The notes under the pieces were generated by a model, which had not been told where the DNA came from, ran no database searches, and saw only the letters and a list, made by a program, of their open reading frames with translations. Below, piece after piece: positions 39,411 through 50,273 of a DNA stretch of 64,000 nt; the stretch's first letter is position 1; each line of letters opens with the position of its first letter. The position numbers were made by a program, and so were the translations under genes. The stretch covers positions 2,604,001-2,668,000 of the forward strand of contig UYFQ01000001.1 of NCBI GenBank assembly GCA_900617105.1, given 5' to 3'. Origin of the DNA: Hydrurus foetidus. Its lineage: Eukaryota.

Positions 39411-40982
39411 ATGAACGCACTGATTTCCGTATCTGACAAGACCGGTATTGTTGAATTTGCACAGGCCCTGCACGCGCTCGGCATCAAGCTGCTGTCCACT
39501 GGCGGCACTGCAAAGCTGCTAGCAGATGCTGGCCTTCCTGTGACTGAAGTGGCAAACCACACTGGTTTTCCTGAGATGCTCGATGGGCGGGTGAAAACTT
39601 TGCACCCCACTATTCACGGCGGTTTGCTGGCCAGGCGCGATGTGCCTGAGCACATGGCGGCTTTGAAAGAACACGACATCCCCACTATTGATCTGCTGGT
39701 GGTTAACCTGTACCCGTTTGAAGCAACCGTTGCCAAGCCGGGTTGCACGCTTGAAGATGCCATTGAAAACATCGACATCGGCGGGCCAGCGATGGTGCGC
39801 AGCGCCGCTAAAAACTGGCGTGACGTGGGCGTGCTGACTGATGCATCGCAGTACGCCGGTGTATTGGCCGAGTTAAAGGCCGACGGCAAGCTGACGGACG
39901 CGACCAGGTTCGCGCTGTCCGTCGCAGCGTTTAACCGCATCAGCCAGTACGACGGCGCGATCAGTGATTACCTGAGCAGCATTCAGCATGATGGCAGCCA
40001 CACACAGTTCCCCGCACAAACCAACGGCCGCTTTGTCAAGCTGCAAGACTTGCGCTACGGCGAAAACGCCCACCAGCAGGCGGCGCTGTACCGCGACTTG
40101 TACCCAGCACCCGGCTCACTAGTTACCGCCAAGCAATTGCAAGGCAAAGAGCTGAGCTACAACAACCTGGCTGATGCAGATGCGGCCTGGGAATGCGTGA
40201 AGAGTTTTACCGACGCGGCCTGCGTGATCGTCAAACACGCCAACCCGTGCGGCGTAGCCGTCGGCAAAGATGCGCTTGAGGCTTACAGCAAGGCTTTTAA
40301 AACCGACCCCACTTCGGCGTTTGGCGGCATCATCGCGTTGAACTGCGAGCTTGACGAGCGCGCGGCGCTGCAAATTTCAAAGCAGTTTGTAGAAGTGTTG
40401 ATGGCGCCCAGCTTCACAAAGGGTGCGCTAGAAGTCTTTAAAACCAAAGTTAACGTTCGTATTTTGCAGATCGATTTGCCTGCTGGCGGTAACACTGCTT
40501 GGGAGCAAGGCCGCAACGTGATGGACATCAAGCGCGTTGGCTCGGGCCTGCTCATGCAAACCGCCGACAACCACGAGCTTGCGCTGGCAGATTTAAAAGT
40601 CGTCAGCAAGCTGCAGCCTTCAGCAGCGCAATTGCAAGACTTGATGTTTGCCTGGGCAGTGGCGAAATACGTCAAATCAAACGCCATTGTGTTTTGCAAA
40701 GATGGCATGACGATGGGCGTAGGCGCAGGCCAGATGAGCCGCCTGGATTCCGCCCGCATCGCCAGCATCAAGGCGGGTCATGCCGGTTTGTCGTTAGCCG
40801 GTACAGCAGTTGCCAGCGATGCGTTCTTTCCTTTTCGCGATGGACTGGACGTGGTGGTCGACGCGGGGGCGACCAGCGTGATTCAACCCGGAGGCTCTAT
40901 GCGTGACCAGGAAGTAATTGATGCAGCTGATGAGCGCGGGGTAGTGATGGTGGTGACGGGTGTGAGGCATTTTAGGCACTAA
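39411..40982 (+). CDS. purH: Bifunctional AICAR transformylase/IMP cyclohydrolase
   Basis: [41 protein letters not shown]. Confidence 0.98.
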   Translation: MNALISVSDKTGIVEFAQALHALGIKLLSTGGTAKLLADAGLPVTEVANHTGFPEMLDGRVKTLHPTIHGGLLARRDVPEHMAALKEHDIPTIDLLVVNLYPFEATVAKPGCTLEDAIENIDIGGPAMVRSAAKNWRDVGVLTDASQYAGVLAELKADGKLTDATRFALSVAAFNRISQYDGAISDYLSSIQHDGSHTQFPAQTNGRFVKLQDLRYGENAHQQAALYRDLYPAPGSLVTAKQLQGKELSYNNLADADAAWECVKSFTDAACVIVKHANPCGVAVGKDALEAYSKAFKTDPTSAFGGIIALNCELDERAALQISKQFVEVLMAPSFTKGALEVFKTKVNVRILQIDLPAGGNTAWEQGRNVMDIKRVGSGLLMQTADNHELALADLKVVSKLQPSAAQLQDLMFAWAVAKYVKSNAIVFCKDGMTMGVGAGQMSRLDSARIASIKAGHAGLSLAGTAVASDAFFPFRDGLDVVVDAGATSVIQPGGSMRDQEVIDAADERGVVMVVTGVRHFRH

Positions 40983-41002
40983 AATAGAGGCAAATAAGCT
41001 TG

Positions 41003-41045
41003 TAGCCCAATAATTACGGGCGTAAGCAGCTTCTTAATTAATAGC
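41003..41045 (+). repeat. 43-bp dispersed repeat, copy 11 (downstream of purH)
   Basis: TAGCCCAATAATTACGGGCGTAAGCAGCTTCTTAATTAATAGC. Confidence 0.9.
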
Positions 41046-41176
41046 ATGCTGTTTTAGTCAAATAGTTGTAAAAATGCAGTGCTGAAAGCAGATGGGCATT
41101 GGTATTACCCAATTGGGTTGGGCGCAATCAATCCCAGTGGCTGAAGCAGCCGCCACTCCTCAAGCAAAATAGAGCG

Positions 41177-41923
41177 ATGTTCAATATAGCGACCGCCCAA
41201 AAACCCGCTGCCCAAGCGTTAAGCCAAGATGGTTTGAGCCTGCTCTCCCCCGCAGATCTGACAACCACGCTGAAACTGCCCACCGACTGGGCAAAACGCT
41301 GGGGCGACTTGGCTCAAGCCTGGCACCACCTGCCGCCTGATGCGCATTTAAAAGACGGCGGCCGTTATCGACAGCGCCGCCACGCCTGCTTTGTGCAAGA
41401 TGTGGCCGCCAACACCTTGACGCAAACACCGCATCGGGCGCATTGGCAACCGACCGACTACAACGCGCTGCATGGCGGGTTTGAACGCTGGTTTGAGCCT
41501 GTGGAAACCGCCGTTACTGAAGCGCCCGCGTGGACAGAGCTGATCGCTGGCTTTGGCAAACTGTTTGCGCAGGTGCAAGCCGTAGGCAAATGGTTTGTAG
41601 AAGCGCACCAGTTCCGCATTGACACTGCTGGTGGGGTTGGCCGCCCCACGCCAGAAGGCGCGCACCGTGATGGCGTGAATTTTGTCGTGGTGCTGCTGGT
41701 GGCGCGGCACGGCGTCAAAGGCGGCGAGACGCGGGTGTTTGATGCCAACGGCCCGCAAGGCGTGCGCTTTGTGATGCGTGAGCCACTGACCGCGCTACTG
41801 CTGGACGATGCGAGGGTAATTCATGAAACCACGCCGATCTTTCCTGACCATGCGGATGGTGAGAAGGGCTACCGCGACACATTGGTGTTGACTTACCGGG
41901 CGGGTGGGTTTCAGGCGCCTTGA
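41177..41923 (+). CDS. 2OG-Fe(II) dioxygenase family protein (BsmA-like)
   Basis: HQFRI, PEGAHRDG (HxD), distal HETTP, RDTLV; ATG at 41177 preferred. Confidence 0.82.
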   Translation: MFNIATAQKPAAQALSQDGLSLLSPADLTTTLKLPTDWAKRWGDLAQAWHHLPPDAHLKDGGRYRQRRHACFVQDVAANTLTQTPHRAHWQPTDYNALHGGFERWFEPVETAVTEAPAWTELIAGFGKLFAQVQAVGKWFVEAHQFRIDTAGGVGRPTPEGAHRDGVNFVVVLLVARHGVKGGETRVFDANGPQGVRFVMREPLTALLLDDARVIHETTPIFPDHADGEKGYRDTLVLTYRAGGFQAP

Positions 41924-41929
41924 GTCTGA

Positions 41930-44900
41930 TCAATCGCTGGCGGCTTTGCGCAAACGCGCAATGTCAGCAGGCAAATTGCCCCAAGCCGATTCACCGGGTG
42001 CGTATCGGCTGCGCATATAGCCTGCCAGCTCCGCAATTTGCGCATCACTTAATGCGTACTTAAAAGCGGGCATGTAGCCGATGTCTTGCGTGGCGGGCTC
42101 CCGTACGCCATTCAAAATAATGTTAATCAAATTGTCTGGCCTGCTGCTGTGCAGATTGCTGTTAAGCGCCAGCGGTGGATTCACGCCGAGCAGTGTTGGA
42201 CCGTCACCGTCATGGTGACAAGAACCGCATACGCCACTGAACAGGCGCTGGCCTGAGCCTAACAATTGATCGGCCGAGCGCTGCGCAGCGGCAACCACTT
42301 CAAGCGCTTTGGCATGGCTTTGCGCGTCAGTGATGGCTGGGTCGAACGACGCGAGGTAGCTTGCCATGGCGGTGATGTCGGCATCGGGCAAGGCTTGCAA
42401 CTCTTTGACCACCGCACCCATTGGCCCGGCGGCAATACCGTGTTGCTCGGTGTAGCCTACCCGCAAGTAGCGGTACAACTCGGCGGCGTTCCACGGCACA
42501 GGTGCGCGTGACAAGCTGGTCAATGCGGGCGCTTCCCAGCCGTCAATCACAGCGCCTGCCAAGTACGATTTACCGCCCTGCTCTGCCCCCAGCGCATTGC
42601 GCGGCGTGTGGCAGGCGCCGCAGTGGCCCAGGCTGTTGACGAGGTAGTTGCCGCGATTCCACTCGGTCGTTTGCATGGCTTCAAGTTTTAGGGGCGACAT
42701 GTCATGAAACAAGCCATTCCACACGGCCATCAGCGGGCGAATGTTGTAGGGGAAAGCTAGCCGGGTTTGCGGCGGCGTGCTGGCCACAGCGACTTGCGCC
42801 ATCAGGTAGGCGTAGAGCGCGGTCAAGTCATCGTCAGTGGTTTTGGCATACGACGTGTAGGGGAAGGCTGGGTACAGGTAATGCCCATCGCGCGAGATAC
42901 CTTCACGCATGGCGCGCTGAAAAGCGGGCAGCGGCCATTGGCCGATGCCCGTTGCGTCTGGTGTTAAGTTGGTGCTGTAGATTTTGCCGAACGGTGTGTC
43001 TAGCGCGCGGCCACCCGCGTTGGGCACACCATCAGCGGCGGTGTGGCAGCCCACGCAATTACCCAATGCGGCCAGAAGGCGGCCACGTTCAATCGTGGCG
43101 GGTGAATAAATGTTTGCCAAGGAAAGCTGTACCAATGGGATGACTGACCGCCAACCGATCAGCGCAACGGCCAAGCCGAACAAGCCAGCCAATACGCCGC
43201 CCGCCTGCAGCCAGCGTTTGCAGCGCTTGGGCCAGACAGCAGACTCTGGAAGCTCAGGAATCAATTGCTCATTATTTAGGAGCAGCTTGCGCCTATTTTG
43301 ATTGGGCTGCGGGTCATTTTTATTCTCCAAATCATGCTTTTTATGCTCCGTAAGCCCCGCCAGTACCACTTCAGGCGTAAACGGTGGCTGGCGAAAGCGC
43401 ACGCCCGTCGCGTCAAAAATCGCATTGGCAATCGCCGCTGTGCCCGGCACGGACGACGACTCACCGGCACCCAGCGGCGGCTCACCTTGGCGCGGCATGG
43501 TGACGATGTCGATGACCGGCACATCACGGAAATTCAAAATCGGGTAGCTGCCCCATTCCAGATTGGTGACTGTTCCATTGCTTGGGTTGAACATGACTTC
43601 TTCCAGCAGCGCGCGGCTGGTGGTTTGCACCACGTTGCCATGAATCTGGTGCTGCACACCCGCCGGATTGATCAGCGTGCCCGCATCGTGCCCCACCACC
43701 ACGCGGCGCACATGCATTTCGCCCGTTCGGCGGTTGACTTCGACATCGGCCACCCAAGCCGCGCCAAAGCCGGGCCATTTGCTGTGGTTGTAGCGCGCGT
43801 AGCCAACGCCTTGGCCGCTCAAGATGTCACCTTGCGGGGCTTGGCTTTGCGGCGATGTGTGCGCAAGCCATCCGGCTTTGTCAGCCGTGGCTGTGAGCAG
43901 CTCAGCAGCACGCGGGTCTTGCAGGTAGCGCAGCCTGAACTCCGCCGGACCCACACCCGCAGAGGTGGCCAGCTCGTTAATGTAGGACTCATGCGCAAAC
44001 GAATTGGGCAGTGCCGACACGCCGCGCAGCGACGAAGCGCGCACCATGGGCGCCATGTCGTTGACCGCCACCCGCAGGTTGCGGTAGTCGTAAGGAGGGC
44101 GGGCCGTGCGGTCCCCCAGCTCGAAGGCCTGAGCTACTGGCTCAATGGTGCGGGTGAGCAGCAGCGCCAAAGTGGGCGATGCATTGGACGGGTAAGACGT
44201 TTGAAAGTCATACGCGGCCACTGAGCCATCAGCATTGAGCCCGCAATCGACCTGCATCAGTTGCGCCGCGCCTTTAGGCTCCCACGCGCTTTCCTGTTCG
44301 CGGGTGAGCTGTACGCGAACTGGCGCACCGACGGAACGCGACTGCAGTGCGGCATCAGCGGCCACATCGTCCGCGCAATTGCGGCCGTAGCAGCCTGCGG
44401 CTTCCATGCGGATAACGTTGATTTGCACATCGGGCAAGCCCATGAGCTTGGCCAAATCGGCGCGCAGCACATGCGGGTTTTGGCTGCCAGCCCAGACGGT
44501 CATCCGGTCGGTTTGCCAGTCGGCCAGAGCGCATGACGGACCGATGGACGCATGCAGCTGGTACGGCCACACGTAATTGCGTGGCAATTTTGGTCTGCTG
44601 TCACCATGGCCGCATCAACATTGCCTTCGTCGATCAGTCTGCGCTGGGAGGATGGGTTGCCTTTGATCGCCCCTGCCAAGTCACTTTGGTCTGGCATGCC
44701 GGGCCACGGCCTCCAGTGCACGAGCGGCTCGCGCAGGGCCTGGTCGGCGTGTTCTTCGCGCTCAGCCACGATGCCCACAAAATCCCTGATCACCACCACT
44801 GCACGAATATCGGGTATCTGGGCAATCGATGCCTCATCAACCGAGGCCAGCGTATTGCCAATACAGTCGCCGTGGTCAGCGCCCAGATACGGCGGCCGCA

Positions 44901-45522
44901 CCACCCGGCCATGCAGCATGCCGGGCACGCGCATGTCGTGCACAAAAGTCAAAGCGCCTGTGGCCTTGACCGGAATGTCAGAGCGCGGAGCCGACGTGCC
45001 GACGATTCGGTAATCGGCTGGCGCTTTAAGCGGTGTATTTAACTCTAGCGTCAGCTCGACGTGGCCTGCAAGTAGCGCAGCGTAGTCAGTGGATTCGACA
45101 CTGGTTGCAGCCGCACGCGCCACCAGCCAAGCGCGCGCCTGCGAGGCCGCCGCACGCAAAGGCGCTGCATGAATTTGCAATGAGGCGCTGGCAATCGTTG
45201 CGCCCTGGTTCGGCACGCTGGCGGTGTGGCCGAGCACCATGTTGATGTGGCTCAACTCGACATCAAGCTCTTCGGCCACGATTTGCGCCAGCGCTGTGGC
45301 AATGCCCGTACCCAAATCAACATGTCCGTGCAATGCGGTCACGCTGCCATCGTTCCACACCGCCAGCAACACCTCGTCACCTTCCAGCGGGTTGGCTTGC
45401 ACGGTGGGCGGCTGACCTTGGGCGAGCGGCATGGCAACTGGCGGCGTGCGCTTGACCAGCAGCACGCCAGAGGCAGCATGAAAGTCTGCCCGGCTGCGCG
45501 GCACATCTGCCCGGCGCGTCAT
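41930..45522 (-). pseudogene. nicB: NicB-like nicotinate dehydrogenase large subunit (molybdopterin domain + 3 cytochrome c), frameshifted
   Basis: Two ORFs join into one ~1197-aa frame if one A is restored at 44588-44591; AAGCYG, LRG, GAGE Mo motifs; CVGCH, CGACH, CGSCH hemes; substrate inferred from neighbours. Confidence 0.8.
43267..43309 (-). repeat. 43-bp dispersed repeat, copy 12 (in frame in the NicB Mo-domain/cytochrome linker)
   Basis: Reverse complement CAGCCCAATCAAAATAGGCGCAAGCTGCTCCTAAATAATGAGC, read as QPNQNRRKLLLNNE. Confidence 0.82.
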
Positions 45523-45998
45523 GCGGCTTGCTTCAATAAAACCGCTGCGCGCAATACCGCATTGACGATTTCTACATGGGTGCCGCAGCGGCATAAATTG
45601 CCCGACGGCTCACGATGAATATCGGCCTCAGTCGGCTCTGGGTTGCGAGACAAAAGCGCTGCCGCCATCATGATCATGCCGCTCAGACAATAGCCACATT
45701 GAGCTGCCTGCTCGTCAATAAAGGCCTGTTGAATCGGGTGCAAGTTGCCCAGCGTACCCAAGCCTTCAAGCGTGGTGATGTGCCGGTCAACCGCACCCGT
45801 CGCAGGTATGACGCAAGCACGTGCGGCGACGCCATCAACCAGAACCGTACACGCACCGCATTCACCCAGGCCGCAGCCGTACTTGCGGCTGTTGAGTTCA
45901 AAGTCATTTCGCAGCAGGTTGAGCAGCGATGTTTCTTTAAAAACAGCCCGTGTTTGAGCAGCGCCGTTCAAGGTGAAATGAATCGCCATTGAACTCAT
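45519..45998 (-). CDS. nicA: 2x[2Fe-2S] small subunit of the molybdenum hydroxylase (NicA-like)
   Basis: GCGLGECGAC...C and QCGYC...NLCRC. Confidence 0.85.
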   Translation of the reverse strand: MSSMAIHFTLNGAAQTRAVFKETSLLNLLRNDFELNSRKYGCGLGECGACTVLVDGVAARACVIPATGAVDRHITTLEGLGTLGNLHPIQQAFIDEQAAQCGYCLSGMIMMAAALLSRNPEPTEADIHREPSGNLCRCGTHVEIVNAVLRAAVLLKQAA

Positions 45999-46025
45999 CG
46001 CATCAAACCCCGTGCCGAGGAAAAT

Positions 46026-46751
46026 CTAGGCCAAATCGGAAGCCTGAATACGCTTGACGCCTTTGCCAGTCATGCTTTTCCAGGCAGCCGCGAGGGAGCC
46101 ATTCAAGTCAATCGCCCTCGTCGCGTCTTCAATCACAAATGCTTCAAAGCCAAGTTTTCTAGCATCCATGGCTGTCCATGCCACGCAAAAGTCAGTGGCT
46201 AACCCGGTCACAAAAACAGTTTTGATGCCGCGTTGCTTTAAGTACCCGCCCAAGCCAGTAGGCGTCTTGCCGTCAGCCTCCATAAAGGCTGAGTAGCTGT
46301 CTACTTTGGGGTGATAGCCCTTGCGCACAATCAATTGCGCAGAAGGCAGTTTTAGGTCTTTGTGCAGGGCTGCGTCCTGTGTGCCCTGCACGCAATGGTC
46401 AGGCCACAACACTTGATTGCCATAAGACATTTTCTTCATGCCGAATGGTTTTTCACCCGCGTGGGCACTGGCAAACGAGGCGTGGCCGGGGGTGTGCCAA
46501 TCTTGCGTGACGACGATATTTCCAAACTTGGCGGAAAGTTTGTTAATGACTGGCACTACCTCTTCGCCGCCCTTGACTGGCAGCGTGCCACCAGTGACAA
46601 AGCAGTTTTGTACATCAACAACCAACAATGCGCTGGCGGCGCTGGGCTTGATTTTGGCGGCGGCAAAAGCGTGTCCCGCTAGACCCGCACTGAAGATAAA
46701 ACCCGCGCCAGACACAGCGGTCAACATTGCTCTGCGATTAGACATTTGCAT
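46026..46751 (-). CDS. pncA: Nicotinamidase/pyrazinamidase with Tat-like signal peptide
   Basis: DVQN, DWHTPGH, WPDHCVQ, RKG, DSYSAF, ATDFCV; N-terminal SNRRAML...AFA. Confidence 0.9.
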   Translation of the reverse strand: MQMSNRRAMLTAVSGAGFIFSAGLAGHAFAAAKIKPSAASALLVVDVQNCFVTGGTLPVKGGEEVVPVINKLSAKFGNIVVTQDWHTPGHASFASAHAGEKPFGMKKMSYGNQVLWPDHCVQGTQDAALHKDLKLPSAQLIVRKGYHPKVDSYSAFMEADGKTPTGLGGYLKQRGIKTVFVTGLATDFCVAWTAMDARKLGFEAFVIEDATRAIDLNGSLAAAWKSMTGKGVKRIQASDLA

Positions 46752-46809
46752 AATAAAACCCCTTAAATTAAATCAAACAACCCACCCACAAATACAAATG
46801 AGCTTGTAG

Positions 46810-47544
46810 TTAAACACTTAAATACGCACGCCGCACGTCCACATTAGCAGACAACTCAGCCATGCTGGCCTGGTAGCAAATTTGCCCCTTTTCCAGCACG
46901 TAGGCGCGGTCAGACACCAGCTCGGCAAAGTGCATGTTTTGCTCACACAGCAAAATACTCACCCCTTGCGATTTAAGCTCAAGAATCGTTTGCACCATTT
47001 GCTCGACGATGACTGGCGCCACGCCTTCAGACGGTTCATCAAGCAATACCAGATACGGATTGCCCATCAGCGTGCGGGCTACGGTCAGCATTTGCTGCTC
47101 GCCTCCACTCATGCGGCCACCCAAGCGGTCAGGCATTTCGCCCAGGTTGGGAAACAGCTTAAAAAGCTTCTCGGGTGTCCATACCGGTGCTGTCGTGCCG
47201 TCAGGCCAATGGCGTGGGCTTTGGCGACCGACTTCCAGGTTTTCCATCACCGTCAAATCGGTAAAAATACGTCGGTCTTCGGGCACGTAACCCAGCCCCA
47301 AGCGGCCTGCGTGGTGCGGCTCACTTTTTGAAATGTCGGCACCCATGAACTGAACCGCGCCGCTGCGCTTGTCAAGCATGCCCGTCAGTGCTTTGAGTGT
47401 GGTGGACTTGCCCGCACCGTTGCGGCCCATCAGTGCCACCACCTCGCCACGACCGACTTGCAGGTTCACGTCAAACAAAATTTGTGCAGCGCCGTACCAG
47501 CCGCACAAGCCTTCAGCGTTTAACAAAATTGCGTCGCTTGGCAT
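46810..47544 (-). CDS. ABC transporter ATP-binding protein (LivF-like)
   Basis: GRNGAGKS, MSGGEQQM, LLDEP. Confidence 0.93.
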   Translation of the reverse strand: MPSDAILLNAEGLCGWYGAAQILFDVNLQVGRGEVVALMGRNGAGKSTTLKALTGMLDKRSGAVQFMGADISKSEPHHAGRLGLGYVPEDRRIFTDLTVMENLEVGRQSPRHWPDGTTAPVWTPEKLFKLFPNLGEMPDRLGGRMSGGEQQMLTVARTLMGNPYLVLLDEPSEGVAPVIVEQMVQTILELKSQGVSILLCEQNMHFAELVSDRAYVLEKGQICYQASMAELSANVDVRRAYLSV

Positions 47545-48323
47545 CAGGCGGCTTCTTTCTGGGCTGTGGCTTTCTCAAACGTTTTGCCTGTTCCAAAGTA
47601 CACCTCTTGTACTTTGGGGTCGTCACGAATTTCAAGCGGCCTGCCACCTGCAATCAAACGCCCACGCGCCAACACAATCATGCGGTCGGCATAGGCAAAC
47701 ACCACGTCCATGCTGTGCTCGGTAAACAGCACTGCCATGTTGCGCTCGGTCACCAATTGCTTGGTCAGTGCCATCAAGTCATTGCGCTCTTTTGGGGCCA
47801 TGCCAGCGGTGGGCTCGTCCATCAACAGCAATTTGGGTGAATTGGCCATGGCTATGGCCAGCTCAACCCGCTTCACATCGCCATAGGCCAGCACGCTGCA
47901 CGGCCTGTCGGCTTGGGGTTTCATGCTGACTTGGTCTAGCAGTGCCAGTGCCTCATCACGCTTGTAGCTGGCAGCGCGCGCAAAAAAAGAAAATAGTTTG
48001 TTGTCGCGTGACAGCAAAGCCATTTGCACGTTTTCAACCACGGTTAATGAAAAAAACGTCTCTGCAATCTGAAAAGTTCGACTCACACCCATCCGCCAAA
48101 TAGCACGTGGCGCAATGCCCAGCAGTTCCTGACCATTCAGCGTGATCGAACCCACATCCGCTCGCAATTGGCCATTGATCATATTGAAGGTGGTGGACTT
48201 GCCCGCACCGTTGGGGCCAATCAAGGCCAACAGCTCGCCCGCTGCCAGGTCAAAGCTGATGCCGTCGACAGCTTTGACACCGCCGAAGGATTTGCCTAAG
48301 TTAGTGACCTTGAGCAAGCTCAT
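47544..48323 (-). CDS. ABC transporter ATP-binding protein (LivG-like)
   Basis: GPNGAGKS, RTFQ, LAYGD, MDEPTAG. Confidence 0.93.
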   Translation of the reverse strand: MSLLKVTNLGKSFGGVKAVDGISFDLAAGELLALIGPNGAGKSTTFNMINGQLRADVGSITLNGQELLGIAPRAIWRMGVSRTFQIAETFFSLTVVENVQMALLSRDNKLFSFFARAASYKRDEALALLDQVSMKPQADRPCSVLAYGDVKRVELAIAMANSPKLLLMDEPTAGMAPKERNDLMALTKQLVTERNMAVLFTEHSMDVVFAYADRMIVLARGRLIAGGRPLEIRDDPKVQEVYFGTGKTFEKATAQKEAA

Positions 48324-50230
48324 GCTGGTGCTCCCTTCACTCCGTCTTTAGGTTCACGCCACCTTTGTATTTGCTGCTTCACAAAGCCTACAATCCCCTG
48401 CGGAAAGAGCAGCACAAGTATCAAAATAATCGCGCCCAGCATAGCTCGCCAGTAGTCGGTGTTGCGCGCTACCGTGTCATGCAGCCAGGTGAAGGTGACT
48501 GCACCCACAATCGGCCCAGCCAACGTTTGCAATCCGCCCATCAGCACCATGACCAAGCCGTCAATCGAGCGGCTGACATGTAATGTTTCTGGGGAAATAC
48601 TGCCTTTTGAAAATGCATACAACGCGCCGGCCAGCCCGGCAAAAGCGCCCGCCACCACAAAAGCCACCCAACTGATGCGGCGCACGTTGATGCCAATGGC
48701 GTCCGCTCGCAGCACCGAGTCGCGCGAGGCACGCATGGCGTAGCCGAAGGGTGAATGTAAAAAGCGGTGCAGCAACAATACACCGCTAGCTACCAACGCC
48801 AACGTCAGGTAGTAGTAGATTTGCTTGTTAGCCAGCCACTCAGCGGCCCAAACCCCCGTCAGCCCATTGCTGCCGCCGGTGACAGCGTCCCACTGAAAGG
48901 CAATCGCCCAGGTGATTTGTGCAAACCCCAGAGTGAGCATGGCCAGGTAAACGCCCGACAGGCGCACGCAAAACCAGCCGTACAAAAATGCGCCAATTGC
49001 CGCAACTATTGGCGCTGCCAGCAAGGCCACTTCCATAGGCAAACCCAGCTTGCGCACCATCAACGCTGCGCCGTAAGCACCCAGGCCAAAATACGCCGCA
49101 TGCCCAAACGAATGCATACCCGCTGGCCCCATGATGAAGTGCAGGCTGACGGCAAACAGCACTGCCACCATCAAGTCAATGGCCAGCACCGTCAAGTAGG
49201 GTGACGCGGCAGTCAGTGACGGCATCAACACCAACAGGCCAATCAACGCTACTGTGCAATACCGCTGAAATTTGTCAGGCAGCCTCAGCGGGTCTTCTGG
49301 TTTGGCGGTGTGCCTGCTGGGTGTTTGTGGCCTGCCAAATAAGCCCCAAGGGCGAGCTACCAACACGACAGCCATGACCACAAATTCAACCACCAGCGTA
49401 AGTTTTGAAAACGAAATGGCAACGCCTGCAATTTCAACCAACCCCAGCCAGATACAAATCGCTTTCAATTCCGCTATTAATAGCGCAGCAACATACGCAC
49501 CAGGAATCGACCCCATGCCGCCAACTACCACCACAACGAAGGCTGCACCAATGATGTTCAAGTCCATCTCCAAGTTTGCAGGTTCGCGTGGCAGTTGCAG
49601 TGCACCGCCCAGGCCAGCCAGCATTGCGCCGAGAGCAAACACAGCGGTGAAAAGCCACGCCTGATTGACGCCGAGTGCACTGACCATGTCGCGGTCTTGC
49701 GTGGCTGCGCGTACCAATGTGCCCCAGCGGGTTTTAGTTAGCAGCAACCACAACAAACCCAAAACAACCGGGCCAGCAACGATTAAAAAGAGGTCGTAAG
49801 TGGGAAACTGACGCCCCAGAATAAGAACTGAGCCTGTCAAACCCGGTGCTCTAGGCCCAAGCAGCTCCTCAGGCCCCCAAAACCACAGTACACCGTCTTT
49901 GATCACCAGCCCCAATGCAAATGTGGCCAGCAACTGAAACAGCTCAGGTGCCTTGTAGATACGGCGCAATAACAAAATTTCTACCAGCGCCCCTAGCACA
50001 CCAACCGCCAGCGCAGCCAGCAGCAACGATGGCCAAAAGCCGATCGTGCCGACCAGATTAGCCACCAGTGAATAGGCGACGTAAATGCCGACCATGAAAA
50101 ACGAGCCGTGCGCAAAGTTGACGATGCGGGTGACGCCGAAAATCAGCGACAAACCCGCAGCCACCAAAAACAGCGACGATGCGCCCGCCAAGCCGTTCAG
50201 CAACTGAACCAGGAGACCAGAAGAACTCAT
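48320..50230 (-). CDS. Fused LivH-LivM type ABC permease
   Basis: GLSLIFG..NFAHG (LivH-like half) and SFGHAAYFG, GGSNG (LivM-like half) in one 636-aa hydrophobic ORF. Confidence 0.9.
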   Translation of the reverse strand: MSSSGLLVQLLNGLAGASSLFLVAAGLSLIFGVTRIVNFAHGSFFMVGIYVAYSLVANLVGTIGFWPSLLLAALAVGVLGALVEILLLRRIYKAPELFQLLATFALGLVIKDGVLWFWGPEELLGPRAPGLTGSVLILGRQFPTYDLFLIVAGPVVLGLLWLLLTKTRWGTLVRAATQDRDMVSALGVNQAWLFTAVFALGAMLAGLGGALQLPREPANLEMDLNIIGAAFVVVVVGGMGSIPGAYVAALLIAELKAICIWLGLVEIAGVAISFSKLTLVVEFVVMAVVLVARPWGLFGRPQTPSRHTAKPEDPLRLPDKFQRYCTVALIGLLVLMPSLTAASPYLTVLAIDLMVAVLFAVSLHFIMGPAGMHSFGHAAYFGLGAYGAALMVRKLGLPMEVALLAAPIVAAIGAFLYGWFCVRLSGVYLAMLTLGFAQITWAIAFQWDAVTGGSNGLTGVWAAEWLANKQIYYYLTLALVASGVLLLHRFLHSPFGYAMRASRDSVLRADAIGINVRRISWVAFVVAGAFAGLAGALYAFSKGSISPETLHVSRSIDGLVMVLMGGLQTLAGPIVGAVTFTWLHDTVARNTDYWRAMLGAIILILVLLFPQGIVGFVKQQIQRWREPKDGVKGAPA

Positions 50231-50273
50231 GCGGTATTGCCTTGTTCAGTGCTTGAGGTACGAAAAACCTGGT

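Noticed and set aside
44588..44591. nicB frameshift as programmed frameshifting or phase variation
   Set aside because: Only a 4-nt run with no canonical slippery heptamer, and neighbouring genes are also broken. Decay or a single-base assembly error is simpler.
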